Shown: positions 37,473 to 47,854 of the stretch, in pieces | Layout: the number at the start of each line of letters is the position of its first letter | How positions within the stretch are numbered: position 1 is the stretch's first letter | Assembly: GCA_963659495.1 (NCBI GenBank) | Contig: CAVKTH010000002.1 | Span: forward strand, 10,712-74,711 | Source: Bacteroidaceae bacterium | GTDB taxonomy: Bacteria > Pseudomonadota > Alphaproteobacteria > RF32 > CAG-239 | Direction of reading: 5' to 3' | Length of the DNA: 64,000 nucleotides | Made by a program: the position numbers and the translations under genes | The notes under the pieces: model-generated | Told to the model about the DNA's origin: nothing | Databases searched by the model: none | The model's input: the letters and a program-made list of their open reading frames with translations, nothing else

Positions 37473-39355
37473 TTTTTAATATATCCCAAAATTGCCGTAA
37501 CCGCTGCCGGAGTAACGCCTTTTATGCGGGCAGCCTCGCCGATTGTTTTTGGTTTTACTGCCGTGAAGCGCTGAATCATTTCTGTAGATAGTCCGCCGAT
37601 TTTAGAATAATCTATATCGTCGCGGATTTGCAAATTTTCATCACGTTTAAATACAGCGATATCTTCATATTCACGCTTTAAATAACCGGCATATTTAGCG
37701 TCAATTTCAACTTGCTCATAAACAGAATTTTCTATATCCTGGCTTTCCGGGGCAATTTTGGAAATTGTTTCACGTGAAACATCTTGGTAGCCCAATAAAT
37801 CTTTTAAGGTCTTTTTACCATTATGTTTTACGGTTATACCTAATGCTTCTATTTCAGGATAAGAAACGATTTTGTTTAAGCAAAAGTCATCAAACTTTTT
37901 AATTTTTTCTTCTTTTGTTTTAAATACACTGTATCTATTTTCGGAAACACAGCCAATGTTATAGCCAAGCTCCGTCAAACGGGCATCAGCATTATCAGCA
38001 CGCAGTACCAAGCGATATTCTGAACGCGAAGTAAACATTCGGTATGGCTCGTCCACGCCTTTGGTAATTAAATCATCAACCATAACACCTATATAGCCTT
38101 GACTGCGGTCAATTTTAAACTCTTTGCCGCGGTTAAGTGCAAACAAAGCCGCATTTACGCCGGCCAGCAAGCCTTGCGCTGCCGCCTCTTCATAACCGGT
38201 AGTGCCGTTAATCTGTCCGGCTAAATACAATCCCTTAGACTTTTTAACTGCTAAGCAATGGTCAAGTTCCTGCGGATTTACAAAATCATATTCAATCGCA
38301 TACGCATAACGAAGAATCTCCACATTTTCCAAACCTTTCATGGTATGGATAAAGGCATCCTGCACGTCTGCCGGCAGCGAGGTAGAAATTCCGTTTGGAT
38401 AAACAACGTTTGTATCATATCCCTCCGGTTCCAAAAAAATCTGGTGCGAGGTTCGGTCGGCAAAGCGGACTAATTTATCTTCAATACTTGGACAATAACG
38501 CGGCCCCTTACCGGTAATCAACCCCGAAAATAAAGCGCACTTAGAAAAATTATCACGGATAATTTTATGCGTCGTTTCATTGGTGTATGTTACGCCGCAG
38601 TCAATCTGACGATTGTTAAGCGCCTTAGTTAAAAACGAAAACGGCACCGGATTTTTATCGCCGGATTGTTTTTCCAAAATACCCCAGTTAATCGTATCGC
38701 CGTTTAAACGGGACGGCGTACCGGTTTTCAAGCGCCCCAGCTGCAGACCTAAAGATTTTAAATACGGTGTTACACCCGTGCAAGAGATATCTCCGACACG
38801 CCCGCCGATAGAAGTCTGATGACCTGTAAACATCACGCCATTTAAAAATGTGCCGGTTGTCAAAACCACGGCTTTAGCAAAAATTTCCGTATCATCAGCA
38901 AGCTTTACACCGCAGACATTATTATCTTTTATCAGCAAACCCTCAACTGCCCCCTCTTTAATATCCAAATTCGGAGTTTCCTGCAGCGCCTGCAGCATAT
39001 ACTTTTTATAAAGCTCACGGTCTGCCTGCGCACGCGGTCCGCGTACAGCAGGTCCTTTAGATAAATTAAGCATTCTGAATTGAATACCAGCTTTATCTAT
39101 TACCCGCCCCATTAAACCGTCTAAAGCGTCTACTTCGCGCACTAAATGTCCCTTGCCCAATCCGCCGATAGCAGGATTACACGACATTTCGCCGATTGTA
39201 GAAATTTTATGGGTAACTAACAAAGTTTTGGCACCGGTACGAGCCGCAGCAGCGCAAGCCTCACATCCGGCATGACCGCCGCCGACAACAATCACATCAT
39301 ACATATTATTCATTTCTGCCTCTAAAATTTTTCTTACACTAAAGCACAAAACCAA
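37469..39355 (-). CDS. mnmG: tRNA uridine-5-carboxymethylaminomethyl synthesis enzyme MnmG (GidA)
   Basis: FAD-binding motif VIVVGGGHAGCEA and conserved C-terminal GVTPAAV. Confidence 0.95.
   Translation of the reverse strand: MVLCFSVRKILEAEMNNMYDVIVVGGGHAGCEACAAAARTGAKTLLVTHKISTIGEMSCNPAIGGLGKGHLVREVDALDGLMGRVIDKAGIQFRMLNLSKGPAVRGPRAQADRELYKKYMLQALQETPNLDIKEGAVEGLLIKDNNVCGVKLADDTEIFAKAVVLTTGTFLNGVMFTGHQTSIGGRVGDISCTGVTPYLKSLGLQLGRLKTGTPSRLNGDTINWGILEKQSGDKNPVPFSFLTKALNNRQIDCGVTYTNETTHKIIRDNFSKCALFSGLITGKGPRYCPSIEDKLVRFADRTSHQIFLEPEGYDTNVVYPNGISTSLPADVQDAFIHTMKGLENVEILRYAYAIEYDFVNPQELDHCLAVKKSKGLYLAGQINGTTGYEEAAAQGLLAGVNAALFALNRGKEFKIDRSQGYIGVMVDDLITKGVDEPYRMFTSRSEYRLVLRADNADARLTELGYNIGCVSENRYSVFKTKEEKIKKFDDFCLNKIVSYPEIEALGITVKHNGKKTLKDLLGYQDVSRETISKIAPESQDIENSVYEQVEIDAKYAGYLKREYEDIAVFKRDENLQIRDDIDYSKIGGLSTEMIQRFTAVKPKTIGEAARIKGVTPAAVTAILGYIKK
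37766..37781. other. Perfect 16-bp palindrome TGTTTCACGTGAAACA, copy 2 (inside mnmG, encoding VSRET)
   Basis: Exact match to the copies at 36520 and 40598. Confidence 0.7.
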
Positions 39356-39436
39356 AATAAATGCAAATTAAAATACGCTGCACCGATTTAAATACAGCGT
39401 ATTTTTTATCAGTAAAATTTAAATACAATGTTTTTA

Positions 39437-40789
39437 TTATTTACCGATACAAAAGCTGCTGAATATTTTATCCAAAATCTCATCAACTTCCACCTGACCG
39501 GTAATTTTTCCGATAGCCCGGCAAGCCAAACGAATATCCTCTGCCGACAACTCAATTTCTTTTTGCAGATTAAAACGGCTTAAATTTTCCAAGCATTCAG
39601 CCAGTGATTCTTTATAGCGCTGTCTGGTAATCAGCTGAGCCGAGCTTTTTTCATACATATTCTGAAATGTTTCATAAATTTTATCAGTAACAGCATTTAC
39701 ATTTTGATTTTCTTTGGCAGATATCAAAATACAGCCTTGCTCATGCAATTTTTCTTGCTGCCCAGCCGATAATTTATCCATTTTATTGGCCACTAAAGCA
39801 TAAGGAGCCGCAGCAGCTTTTATATATTCGTCAAAAATTTCCGGCGAATCTTTTTCAGCATCAAACATAAACAAGCAAAAATCAGCTTCCGCAATTTTAT
39901 CTTTTGCCAGCTTAATGCCGATTTGTTCAATTTCATCAGCAGATTCGCGCAGCCCGGCCGTATCGGTAAATATTACCGGAAAGCCTTTTAAATCTACATA
40001 AGCTTCAATCACATCGCGGGTTGTTCCGGCAATATCAGAAACAATCGCTACATTTCTTTTTACAACAGCATTTATTAAGCTGGATTTACCGGCGTTGGTG
40101 GGTCCGGCAATCACAACCTTAAAGCCGTCGCGCAGACGCTCTTCCACATTATTCTGCTGTAAATGATTTTTAATTTCTTCAGAAATTTTAAATACACCGT
40201 TTTCAATTTTCTGCACCGTATCCTGCGGAATATTCTCATCCGGAAAATCAATATAAGCTTCTATATAGGATAAAACATTAACCAAACGCGAGCGCCAGTC
40301 ATTATATAAATCAAACAAAGTTCCGCCCATTTGCTGCAAAGCGACTTTTTGCTGCAATGAGGTTTCAGCTTCAATCAAATCGGCTAAACCATCGGCTTCA
40401 GTCAAATCCATTTTGCCGTTATAAAATGAGCGGCGGGAAAATTCCCCAGGTTCGGCCAAACGAAAATCCGGCAGCAACGACAAGGCTTCTAAAAAGCTGC
40501 GGATAACGGCTTTTGAGCCATGGCAGTTTATCTCTACCGTATCTTCTCCCGTAAAAGAAGCCGGAGATTTAAAAGCCACCAGCAAAGAATTATCTAATGT
40601 TTCACGTGAAACAGGATTGTAAAATTTGGTTAAATACATTTTGCGGCTGACAATTTTTTCTTCATCTAAATCCGTCATTTGAGAAATTATCTCAAAAGCT
40701 TTGCTTCCGGAAATGCGGATTACCCCTACTCCGGATTTTCCAAACACCGTAGATAAAGCATAAATTGTTTTATTATCCATTTTTACCAT
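39437..40789 (-). CDS. mnmE: tRNA modification GTPase MnmE (TrmE)
   Basis: G-domain motifs GPTNAGKSSL, DTAG and NKMD, and the C-terminal CIGK. Confidence 0.9.
   Translation of the reverse strand: MVKMDNKTIYALSTVFGKSGVGVIRISGSKAFEIISQMTDLDEEKIVSRKMYLTKFYNPVSRETLDNSLLVAFKSPASFTGEDTVEINCHGSKAVIRSFLEALSLLPDFRLAEPGEFSRRSFYNGKMDLTEADGLADLIEAETSLQQKVALQQMGGTLFDLYNDWRSRLVNVLSYIEAYIDFPDENIPQDTVQKIENGVFKISEEIKNHLQQNNVEERLRDGFKVVIAGPTNAGKSSLINAVVKRNVAIVSDIAGTTRDVIEAYVDLKGFPVIFTDTAGLRESADEIEQIGIKLAKDKIAEADFCLFMFDAEKDSPEIFDEYIKAAAAPYALVANKMDKLSAGQQEKLHEQGCILISAKENQNVNAVTDKIYETFQNMYEKSSAQLITRQRYKESLAECLENLSRFNLQKEIELSAEDIRLACRAIGKITGQVEVDEILDKIFSSFCIGK
40598..40613. other. Perfect 16-bp palindrome TGTTTCACGTGAAACA, copy 3 (inside mnmE, encoding VSRET)
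   Basis: Exact match. The flank aaTGTTTCACGTGAAACA is shared with the rsmG copy. Confidence 0.7.
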
Positions 40790-40921
40790 TCCTTTTTCAT
40801 CATTAAAAATAAGGGCGATTTTTTGACCCTACAGCGCAGTTTTATATTTTTATGACTGATTTATCATTTTTTATAAATAACCAGCTTGTAAACTCATTTA
40901 CGGAAGACAAATTTTCAGCCG

Positions 40922-42859
40922 TTATCTGCCGCCGCGAGCCGCCAGCTGCCTCTGCAGCATTGGATTTTGCTGATTGCCCTGCTGAATAGCCTGCCGGCAT
41001 TTTTGCAAATCCGCTGCCGGAATATCCGGCAATTTCTGTAGCGCTGAAAAATCTTTAGGAACCGCCCCTTTCATCTGACGGTTATTATTAACACACGCAA
41101 CATACAATTTCAAGGCTTGTTCTTTAGTCAGCGTATCTTTAAAAATGACCGGCTTGTTTTTATTGCTCGGCTCCTGCAGCAATTTCACATACATATCATA
41201 TTCCGCGTCTTTAGCAACCTGAACTTTATCCTTTGCCGTATAGCGGATTTTATTTTGCTTTATGCTGAAAGCATACTCCTGCTCGGTATCGGCAATCTCT
41301 TTATAGCCGTCAAGCTTGCTCCAATATTTTTTAAGCTCTTTATTCCAAGAACACGGCTTTTGCGGCACCACATGAGGTTTCTGAGGATTGGCAGGCTGTT
41401 TTTCTGCTTCGGCCAATTCCGATATTTCCATGCCGTTAATATTGTTAATCAGCCGGTTTTTATGCAGATTGCCACGCATCAGCGCTTTAGCTTCATCCAC
41501 TAAATCCGGATTAACTAATCCACGGCTTCTGTCGCGGTTAAATTCAGCCAGACGGCGCGACAAATCATGCCGGCACGGCTCTATAATGTTACTGATATTC
41601 TCCGGCGTAAGCTCAACTTCCTGCGATTTATCAATTAACGGAGTCAAATTTTTTGCTTCATAAGCTCCGGTCTGCGGATTATAGAGCTGAAAGCGATACA
41701 GCAGCGAACGGCGCTTAAAAAATTCTGTCCGGTCAGTATCTTCGGCTGCACTTAAAGGCACAAGCTGGATTTCTAATTTCATATTCCGCAGAAACTGTTT
41801 TTTATCATAGCTGCGGCGATGATTTTTTGCAAATGACGCAAACGCCGAATCCAGCAAATTCTTAGGATTCTGCACATATTCAAAACGCTTGTTTTCCGGC
41901 ATATTACGCATTGCCAGCAAAAGCTGAGAAGATTCTCCGTCAAACATGCTGAAATCTTTAGGATTGCCTTTTTTCAAATAAGCGTTTGCCGCATTAAAAA
42001 CCTGTGACAAATAGGCGCTGCGTTCATCTTCTACCTGCAGGCGGTAATAATCCTCCACCGAAAGGCGTTTTGCGCCGTCCTTCAGACAATATCCGGTTTG
42101 CAGCACCGTATTTTTAACATGCGTCAGCTCATGCTTCAGCATTAAAAGCTGCTTTGCCACTTTAACCTGTTCATCCGAATAAATTTTATATAAGCTTTTT
42201 TCTTTTGCATCCGGAAAAATTTCATCAATCCGGCTATGCGGATTTATCTGCCTTGCATGCTCAGCGCGGGCAATCAGCTGCTTTAAAGTACTATAATCAC
42301 TCGGCGAAAACTTAAAATGATTGCGGACAAAGCTTACACGCTTCTCGCCGACATTAACAGAGGCGCGGCGCTGCTCAAAATCTTTAACCGCATATTCCTG
42401 CTTAACGCGGTCATAATATACATCATAAACATTATCCTGCGGCTCAATCTTATAGCCCAGATTTTTAATCAGCGGCGGAATCTCCGCATCGTCAATCCGG
42501 TTATCAAAGTGCAAGGTATTTGCGGCAGAAGCAATATGCGGCGGATAGTTATTTTCTTTCAGTCCGTTTTTATATCCTGCCGGATTTTTCATAAAATCAT
42601 AATGAGCTATCTCTTTGGCTAAAAACTCTGTATTTTTAGTATCTACAGCTTTTAAAATTTCTTTTTCCAAGGCTGAACCGCATTGCAAAGTAGCGGCAAA
42701 ATTATTATATTTATCAAAAAATTCTTTATAGGTAATCTGCTCGCAAAGCTGCTGATATTGCAGCATTTTTCTTTGCTTTTCCGCTTCATTGCCATAGTTC
42801 AGGGCAATGGCGACCACATGATTATCTGCTGTTGTCAGCAATAAAGTTTCTTTTGACAT
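40922..42859 (-). CDS. Hypothetical 645-aa protein with a single HExxH motif (KHELTHVKN)
   Basis: No recognisable family. The HELTH motif could mark a zinc metalloprotease-like core. Candidate secreted effector. Confidence 0.4.
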   Translation of the reverse strand: MSKETLLLTTADNHVVAIALNYGNEAEKQRKMLQYQQLCEQITYKEFFDKYNNFAATLQCGSALEKEILKAVDTKNTEFLAKEIAHYDFMKNPAGYKNGLKENNYPPHIASAANTLHFDNRIDDAEIPPLIKNLGYKIEPQDNVYDVYYDRVKQEYAVKDFEQRRASVNVGEKRVSFVRNHFKFSPSDYSTLKQLIARAEHARQINPHSRIDEIFPDAKEKSLYKIYSDEQVKVAKQLLMLKHELTHVKNTVLQTGYCLKDGAKRLSVEDYYRLQVEDERSAYLSQVFNAANAYLKKGNPKDFSMFDGESSQLLLAMRNMPENKRFEYVQNPKNLLDSAFASFAKNHRRSYDKKQFLRNMKLEIQLVPLSAAEDTDRTEFFKRRSLLYRFQLYNPQTGAYEAKNLTPLIDKSQEVELTPENISNIIEPCRHDLSRRLAEFNRDRSRGLVNPDLVDEAKALMRGNLHKNRLINNINGMEISELAEAEKQPANPQKPHVVPQKPCSWNKELKKYWSKLDGYKEIADTEQEYAFSIKQNKIRYTAKDKVQVAKDAEYDMYVKLLQEPSNKNKPVIFKDTLTKEQALKLYVACVNNNRQMKGAVPKDFSALQKLPDIPAADLQKCRQAIQQGNQQNPMLQRQLAARGGR

Positions 42860-42921
42860 AGCTTATCCTTAAAAAACATTTTTAATGACAATAGCATGAT
42901 TTTGACAAAAAATCAACAGAA

Positions 42922-43521
42922 TTAAGAACGTCCGTTTTCACGTCCGGATATAGAATTTTGCAAAGTCTGCTGATATTCCTGATAATGCGAATCCAGTTCA
43001 CGCCTAACATTACGCAGCAAAGAATCGTCTTTAGGAGCGCGGTCAATCGCCAGCAGCAGCGAATCCCCGCCCCGACCTTTCAGCACCGACATCATCATAT
43101 GACGCTCCGTATTATCAAGCACCATAAACAGATTTATAACCAGATTGTTCAGATAGGTATTGCCCTCCAAAGGCGGTCTGTCTCCGAATTTATCAGCCAG
43201 AAATGCCGCAAATTTTTGACGCAGAGCCTCTTCCTCGCGGCGCTTGCCCAGCTCTATCTCATTATGTTTAACTACAGCTTTTTGCCACATTTGAATGCGG
43301 TTATCCAGCGTCAAGCCCAATGACTTGTAAGATTCCATGCGCTGTTCCGGATTAAGACAGTCCTCACATTTCTGTGGAAGCTTGGAAACTTGCTGCAGCG
43401 CGCGCTTAAACAGTTCGCAAAAAGTGTTGTTTGCTTTCAAAAACGGACAATATTCCGGACATTTTTTATGAACTTCAGCTTCGGACATAATTTTCTCCTC
43501 AATGCTTACAGAGTAGCGCAA
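42922..43521 (-). CDS. Hypothetical protein with an N-terminal Cys cluster (CPEYCPF...C...CEDC)
   Basis: 199 aa of unknown function. The start may instead be the internal Met (MSEAEV). Confidence 0.35.
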   Translation of the reverse strand: MRYSVSIEEKIMSEAEVHKKCPEYCPFLKANNTFCELFKRALQQVSKLPQKCEDCLNPEQRMESYKSLGLTLDNRIQMWQKAVVKHNEIELGKRREEEALRQKFAAFLADKFGDRPPLEGNTYLNNLVINLFMVLDNTERHMMMSVLKGRGGDSLLLAIDRAPKDDSLLRNVRRELDSHYQEYQQTLQNSISGRENGRS

Positions 43522-43569
43522 AAATGCTTAAAATTCAATAAAGAAAAGCGCCGCAAGGGCGCTTTATTT

Positions 43570-45393
43570 TTATTCTACAGCTTCCGGTTTGGCGCGTTTG
43601 CGGGCAATCGGGTCTAATATACGCTTACGCAGGCGCAGAGACTTTGGAGTAACTTCCAAAAGCTCATCAGACTGAATATAAGCCAAAGCCTGCTCCAAGC
43701 TCAATTTACGCGGCGGAATAAGGTCAATAGCCTCATCTTTGCCGGCAGCACGGATATTGGTCAGCTGCTTAGACTTGGTCGGGTTTACTTCAATATCGTT
43801 ATATTTTGTATGTTCGCCGATAATCATGCCGACATAAACCGGACTGTTATGTTCCACAAACATCGGACCGCGGTCTTGCAGTTTCCACAAAGAATATGCA
43901 ATCGCCTGACCGTTTTCGCTGGAAATCATCACACCGTTGCGGCGGTCTTCAATCTCGCCTTTATACGGCTCAAAAGCATAGAAAATACGGTTCATAACGC
44001 CGGTTCCGCGGGTATCTGTCAAAAATTCGGAATGATAGCCGATTAAGCCGCGGGACGGAGCATGGAAAATCAAACGGACTTTGTTGCCGACCTGCGACGG
44101 AATCATTTCTACCAATTCAGCGCGGCGCTTGCTCAATTTTTCTACTACAGCACCGGAAAATTCTTCATCCACATCCACAACAACTTCTTCAACCGGCTCC
44201 AGAAGCTGACCGTTTTCATCACGCTTCATAATAACGCGCGGACGGGAAATAGAAAGCTCAAAGCCTTCGCGGCGCATAGTTTCAATCAAAACGCCGAGCT
44301 GCAGCTCGCCGCGTCCGGCTACTTCAAAGGTATCGGAATTATCGGTGCGGGAAATTTTCAAAGCGATATTGCCCTCAGCTTCTTTTTCCAAACGCGCCCA
44401 AATCACGCGGGATGTTACTTTGTCTCCCTCTTTGCCGGCCAGCGGAGAATCGTTTACCGAGAAAGTCATAGCCAATGTCGGAGGGTCAATCGGCTGAGCC
44501 TTAATAAAGTCTTTTACATCTACTTCCGGAGCGCAGATAGTATCAGCAACCGTGCCTTTAACAATACCTGCTACAGCCACAATATCGCCGGCATGAGCCG
44601 AATCCAAAGCTACACGCTCCAAACCTTTATAGGCCATGATTTTGGTAATTTTAGCGCGTTCTACTTCGCCGTGTTCGTTAATAACTTTTACAGCGTCATT
44701 CACTTTTACGCTGCCGCTCTGGATTTTACCGGTCAGAATACGGCCGACAAATTTATCAGATTCCAAAGTTGTAGCCAGCATTCTAAACGGTTTATCCGGT
44801 TCGCAGACCGGCTCGCTGACATAAGACAAAATGGTTTCAAACAGCGGAGTTAAATCCTTATGTTCATCCGCTAAATCGCGCACAGCCCAGCCGTTGCGTC
44901 CGGAAGCGTACAAAATTGGGAAGTCCAGCTGTTCGTCATTAGCATTCAGGCTGACGAACAAATCAAAGATTTCATTCAAAACTTCGTCCGGACGGGCATC
45001 AGGCTTGTCGGCTTTGTTAATAACCACAATCGGTTTTAAGCCGATTTTCAAAGCTTTGCCCAAAACAAACTTGGTTTGCGGCATCGGCCCCTCAGAGGCA
45101 TCTACCAGCAAAACAACACCGTCAACCATAGATAAAATACGCTCTACCTCGCCGCCGAAATCAGCGTGTCCCGGAGTATCAACAATGTTTATATGAGTGC
45201 CGTGCCAATCAACCGAAGTGCATTTAGAAAGAATGGTAATACCTCTTTCACGCTCCAAAGCGTTACTGTCCATAACGCAGTCGGCTACTTTTTGATTGTC
45301 GCGGAATGTACCGCTTTGGCGCAACAGCCCGTCCACCAAGGTGGTTTTACCATGGTCAACGTGGGCGATGATGGCAATGTTTCTCATACTCAT
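43570..45393 (-). CDS. typA: Translational GTPase TypA/BipA
   Basis: [22 protein letters not shown] and NKADK G-motifs, with an EF-G-like domain arrangement. Confidence 0.95.
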   Translation of the reverse strand: MSMRNIAIIAHVDHGKTTLVDGLLRQSGTFRDNQKVADCVMDSNALERERGITILSKCTSVDWHGTHINIVDTPGHADFGGEVERILSMVDGVVLLVDASEGPMPQTKFVLGKALKIGLKPIVVINKADKPDARPDEVLNEIFDLFVSLNANDEQLDFPILYASGRNGWAVRDLADEHKDLTPLFETILSYVSEPVCEPDKPFRMLATTLESDKFVGRILTGKIQSGSVKVNDAVKVINEHGEVERAKITKIMAYKGLERVALDSAHAGDIVAVAGIVKGTVADTICAPEVDVKDFIKAQPIDPPTLAMTFSVNDSPLAGKEGDKVTSRVIWARLEKEAEGNIALKISRTDNSDTFEVAGRGELQLGVLIETMRREGFELSISRPRVIMKRDENGQLLEPVEEVVVDVDEEFSGAVVEKLSKRRAELVEMIPSQVGNKVRLIFHAPSRGLIGYHSEFLTDTRGTGVMNRIFYAFEPYKGEIEDRRNGVMISSENGQAIAYSLWKLQDRGPMFVEHNSPVYVGMIIGEHTKYNDIEVNPTKSKQLTNIRAAGKDEAIDLIPPRKLSLEQALAYIQSDELLEVTPKSLRLRKRILDPIARKRAKPEAVE

Positions 45394-45524
45394 TATTAAA
45401 TTTTCCTTTTATAAAATCTCCACAAAAAAGCGGCGCGGAAAATACATCCCACGGGCTTAAAGTTGCCTAACAATAGCGCATTTTTTTTAAATTTCAAGAG
45501 TTTTTAGGCTTTATTTTTAAGTAT

Positions 45525-46892
45525 TTAACGATAAAACACCTGTTCAATGCTTCTGATATCCGCCGGAGAAACATAGACAATAAGCTTGTCTTGTTCTTTT
45601 AGCTGATACTCCTCCGGATTATAAATATATTCTTCGCCGCTGACAACCGCCAGAACAGCGCTGTTTTCAGGCAGTTTAAGCTCTTTAATCGTCTGACCGG
45701 CATTGCTGCTGTCTTCGCCCAAGCGGATTTCCCAGATTTCCCCCATTTCACGCCCCAAAGCATAGGCTTCATTTATGCGGGCGCGGCGCAAATACTGCAA
45801 AATACCGGAAACGGTAATAACCGAACGGTCTATAATCGTGTTATTGCGGATATTGGTTGCCAGCACATTATATTCACGCGAATTTATCAACGAAACGGCC
45901 TGAGTATCTTTATTTTTGGAAGCCAGCAAAGAAATCAGGAGGTTGTCTTTATCTTTTTCGGTAACTGCCACGCTGACATCCGCCGCCGCAAAACCGGCGT
46001 CTTCTAAAATGCGGTCGCTCATCATCTCTCCGGCAATAACCGACGCTTTATTTAATTTTTCGGCCAAGCGGTGCGCCTTTGCCGTATCACTCTCCACAAT
46101 GCTGCAGCTGATAATATTTTCATCATTTTCCAGCCGAGCCGCCAAATAATAAGAAATCGCATTCGCCCCGAAAATCACAGCTTTTTCATACGGATTATGG
46201 TCTACACCGAACAGCCGCATTACATCTATATTGCGTTCCGGCGGGCAGGCAATATAAATAATATCGTTGCGCTGCAGATAGATTTCTTCTTCATTGGCTA
46301 AAATACGGTGGTTTCCGCGCAGAATCATTACCACCGCCGCCGAAAGCTCCGCCAGCTTGCTGTTGATGTGGTTCAGCGAAAATTTCATAAACGGAATATC
46401 CGTATCTTTTTGGCGGAAGTTAAAAATATTTAGCTCGTCATTCAAAAACGGATAAACCGCCATGCTCCCCGGCAGTTTGAACAAACCCAGCAAAAAGCGG
46501 GCAATTTCAATATCCGGAGTAATAACTAAATCTACCGGCAGGCTTTTTTCATTATAAAGCTTATTCCAAAGCGGGTTCAAAAAATACTGCGAATCCACGC
46601 GGGCGATTTTCCGCGGCACACCGAACAAAGTATAAGCCACTTGGCAGGCTACCAGATTTACTTCGTCATTTTCGGTTACGGCAATCATCATATCGGCTTT
46701 TTTCATACCGACAGCTTCTTGAATATCCGGATTAGATATAGACCCTGTAACCGGTTGAATATCGTATTCTTTAGCAATTTCATCCAGCTTGGCGGCATCT
46801 TCATCCACTACCACAATGTCGTTGCTGCCCAAACTCAGATATCCGACTAAACTTTTACCGACGCTGGAAGCGCCGCCGATAACAATTTTCAT
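45525..46892 (-). CDS. trkA: Trk potassium uptake system NAD-binding subunit TrkA
   Basis: Two Rossmann folds (IVIGGASSVGKSL...; VIFGANAISYYLA) and two TrkA-C domains. Confidence 0.85.
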   Translation of the reverse strand: MKIVIGGASSVGKSLVGYLSLGSNDIVVVDEDAAKLDEIAKEYDIQPVTGSISNPDIQEAVGMKKADMMIAVTENDEVNLVACQVAYTLFGVPRKIARVDSQYFLNPLWNKLYNEKSLPVDLVITPDIEIARFLLGLFKLPGSMAVYPFLNDELNIFNFRQKDTDIPFMKFSLNHINSKLAELSAAVVMILRGNHRILANEEEIYLQRNDIIYIACPPERNIDVMRLFGVDHNPYEKAVIFGANAISYYLAARLENDENIISCSIVESDTAKAHRLAEKLNKASVIAGEMMSDRILEDAGFAAADVSVAVTEKDKDNLLISLLASKNKDTQAVSLINSREYNVLATNIRNNTIIDRSVITVSGILQYLRRARINEAYALGREMGEIWEIRLGEDSSNAGQTIKELKLPENSAVLAVVSGEEYIYNPEEYQLKEQDKLIVYVSPADIRSIEQVFYR

Positions 46893-47851
46893 TATTCCAA
46901 CCCCGCAAAATAATCATTTATAAGCTTTTCCGCTGCGTCAAAATCTGTAAGCTTTGTATATTGCTCGCGAAACTTTTTAGCCTCGTACAAACTGCGGACA
47001 TACCAGCCGACATGCTTGCGCGATACGGCTATTCCGGCTTTTTCGCCGTAATACTCCATAAGCAGATGCAAATGCTTCAGCAAAATTTCTTTAATTTGCC
47101 GAACTGCCGGCTCAGCCGGCAATGTTCCGTGCAGCAGATATTCATGAGTCTGATTTAAAAGCCACGGATTGCCCAGCACCGCGCGTCCAATCATCACTCC
47201 GTCTACGCCGCTTTCAGCTATTCGCTGCTTGGCTTTCTGCGGCGAATCTATATCGCCGTTGCCGATAACCGGTATTTTGACGCTTTCCTTTACAGCCTTA
47301 ATGATATTCCAATCAGCTTCTCCGCTATAGCCCTGCGCCCGCGTGCGCCCATGAACCGTGATATACGAAGCGCCGCTTTCCTCGCACATTTTAGCAAACG
47401 GCACCGCGTTTATATGCTCATTATCCCAGCCTTTGCGAAACTTTACGCTCACGCTGAGCGGCGTTGCTTTTACCACCGCTTCAATAATTTTGGCAGCACG
47501 CAGCATATCTTTCATCAGCGCCGAACCGGATTCATTATTGACAATTTTTTTAACCGGACAGCCCATGTTAATATCCAAAGAACGCGCACCCAAATCCGCT
47601 ACCAATTTTGCCGCTTCAGCAAATAAACCGGCGTCATTGCCCACAAGCTGCACCACCACCGGATAATTTTCGGGACACACATCGGCAATTTGCCAGCTTT
47701 TGGGATTCTTGCGCTGCAAAGCATTTATAGCCGCCATTTCCGCATACATATTGCCTTTGCCGCAAGCTGTTAAAATCTGCCGGAACGGCCTATCCGTAAC
47801 TCCGGCCATCGGTGCTAAAAAAACAGGGCTGTCAAATCCGCCAAAAGTCAT
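46892..47851 (-). CDS. dusB: tRNA dihydrouridine synthase
   Basis: FLAPMAGVTDRPFR motif, TIM barrel, and the DINMGCP active-site region. Confidence 0.85.
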   Translation of the reverse strand: MTFGGFDSPVFLAPMAGVTDRPFRQILTACGKGNMYAEMAAINALQRKNPKSWQIADVCPENYPVVVQLVGNDAGLFAEAAKLVADLGARSLDINMGCPVKKIVNNESGSALMKDMLRAAKIIEAVVKATPLSVSVKFRKGWDNEHINAVPFAKMCEESGASYITVHGRTRAQGYSGEADWNIIKAVKESVKIPVIGNGDIDSPQKAKQRIAESGVDGVMIGRAVLGNPWLLNQTHEYLLHGTLPAEPAVRQIKEILLKHLHLLMEYYGEKAGIAVSRKHVGWYVRSLYEAKKFREQYTKLTDFDAAEKLINDYFAGLE

Positions 47852-47854
47852 CTG

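Noticed and set aside
34995-40200. Recurring TTTAAATACAGCG-like motif (about 7 occurrences in parB, rsmG, PHP, mnmG, mnmE and the mnmE-mnmG spacer)
   Set aside because: On the coding strand most copies are just the codons gta-ttt-aaa (Val-Phe-Lys) with preferred AT-rich codons. One copy is in a different frame. The enrichment is modest and ascertainment-biased, so it does not convincingly indicate a DNA-level signal.
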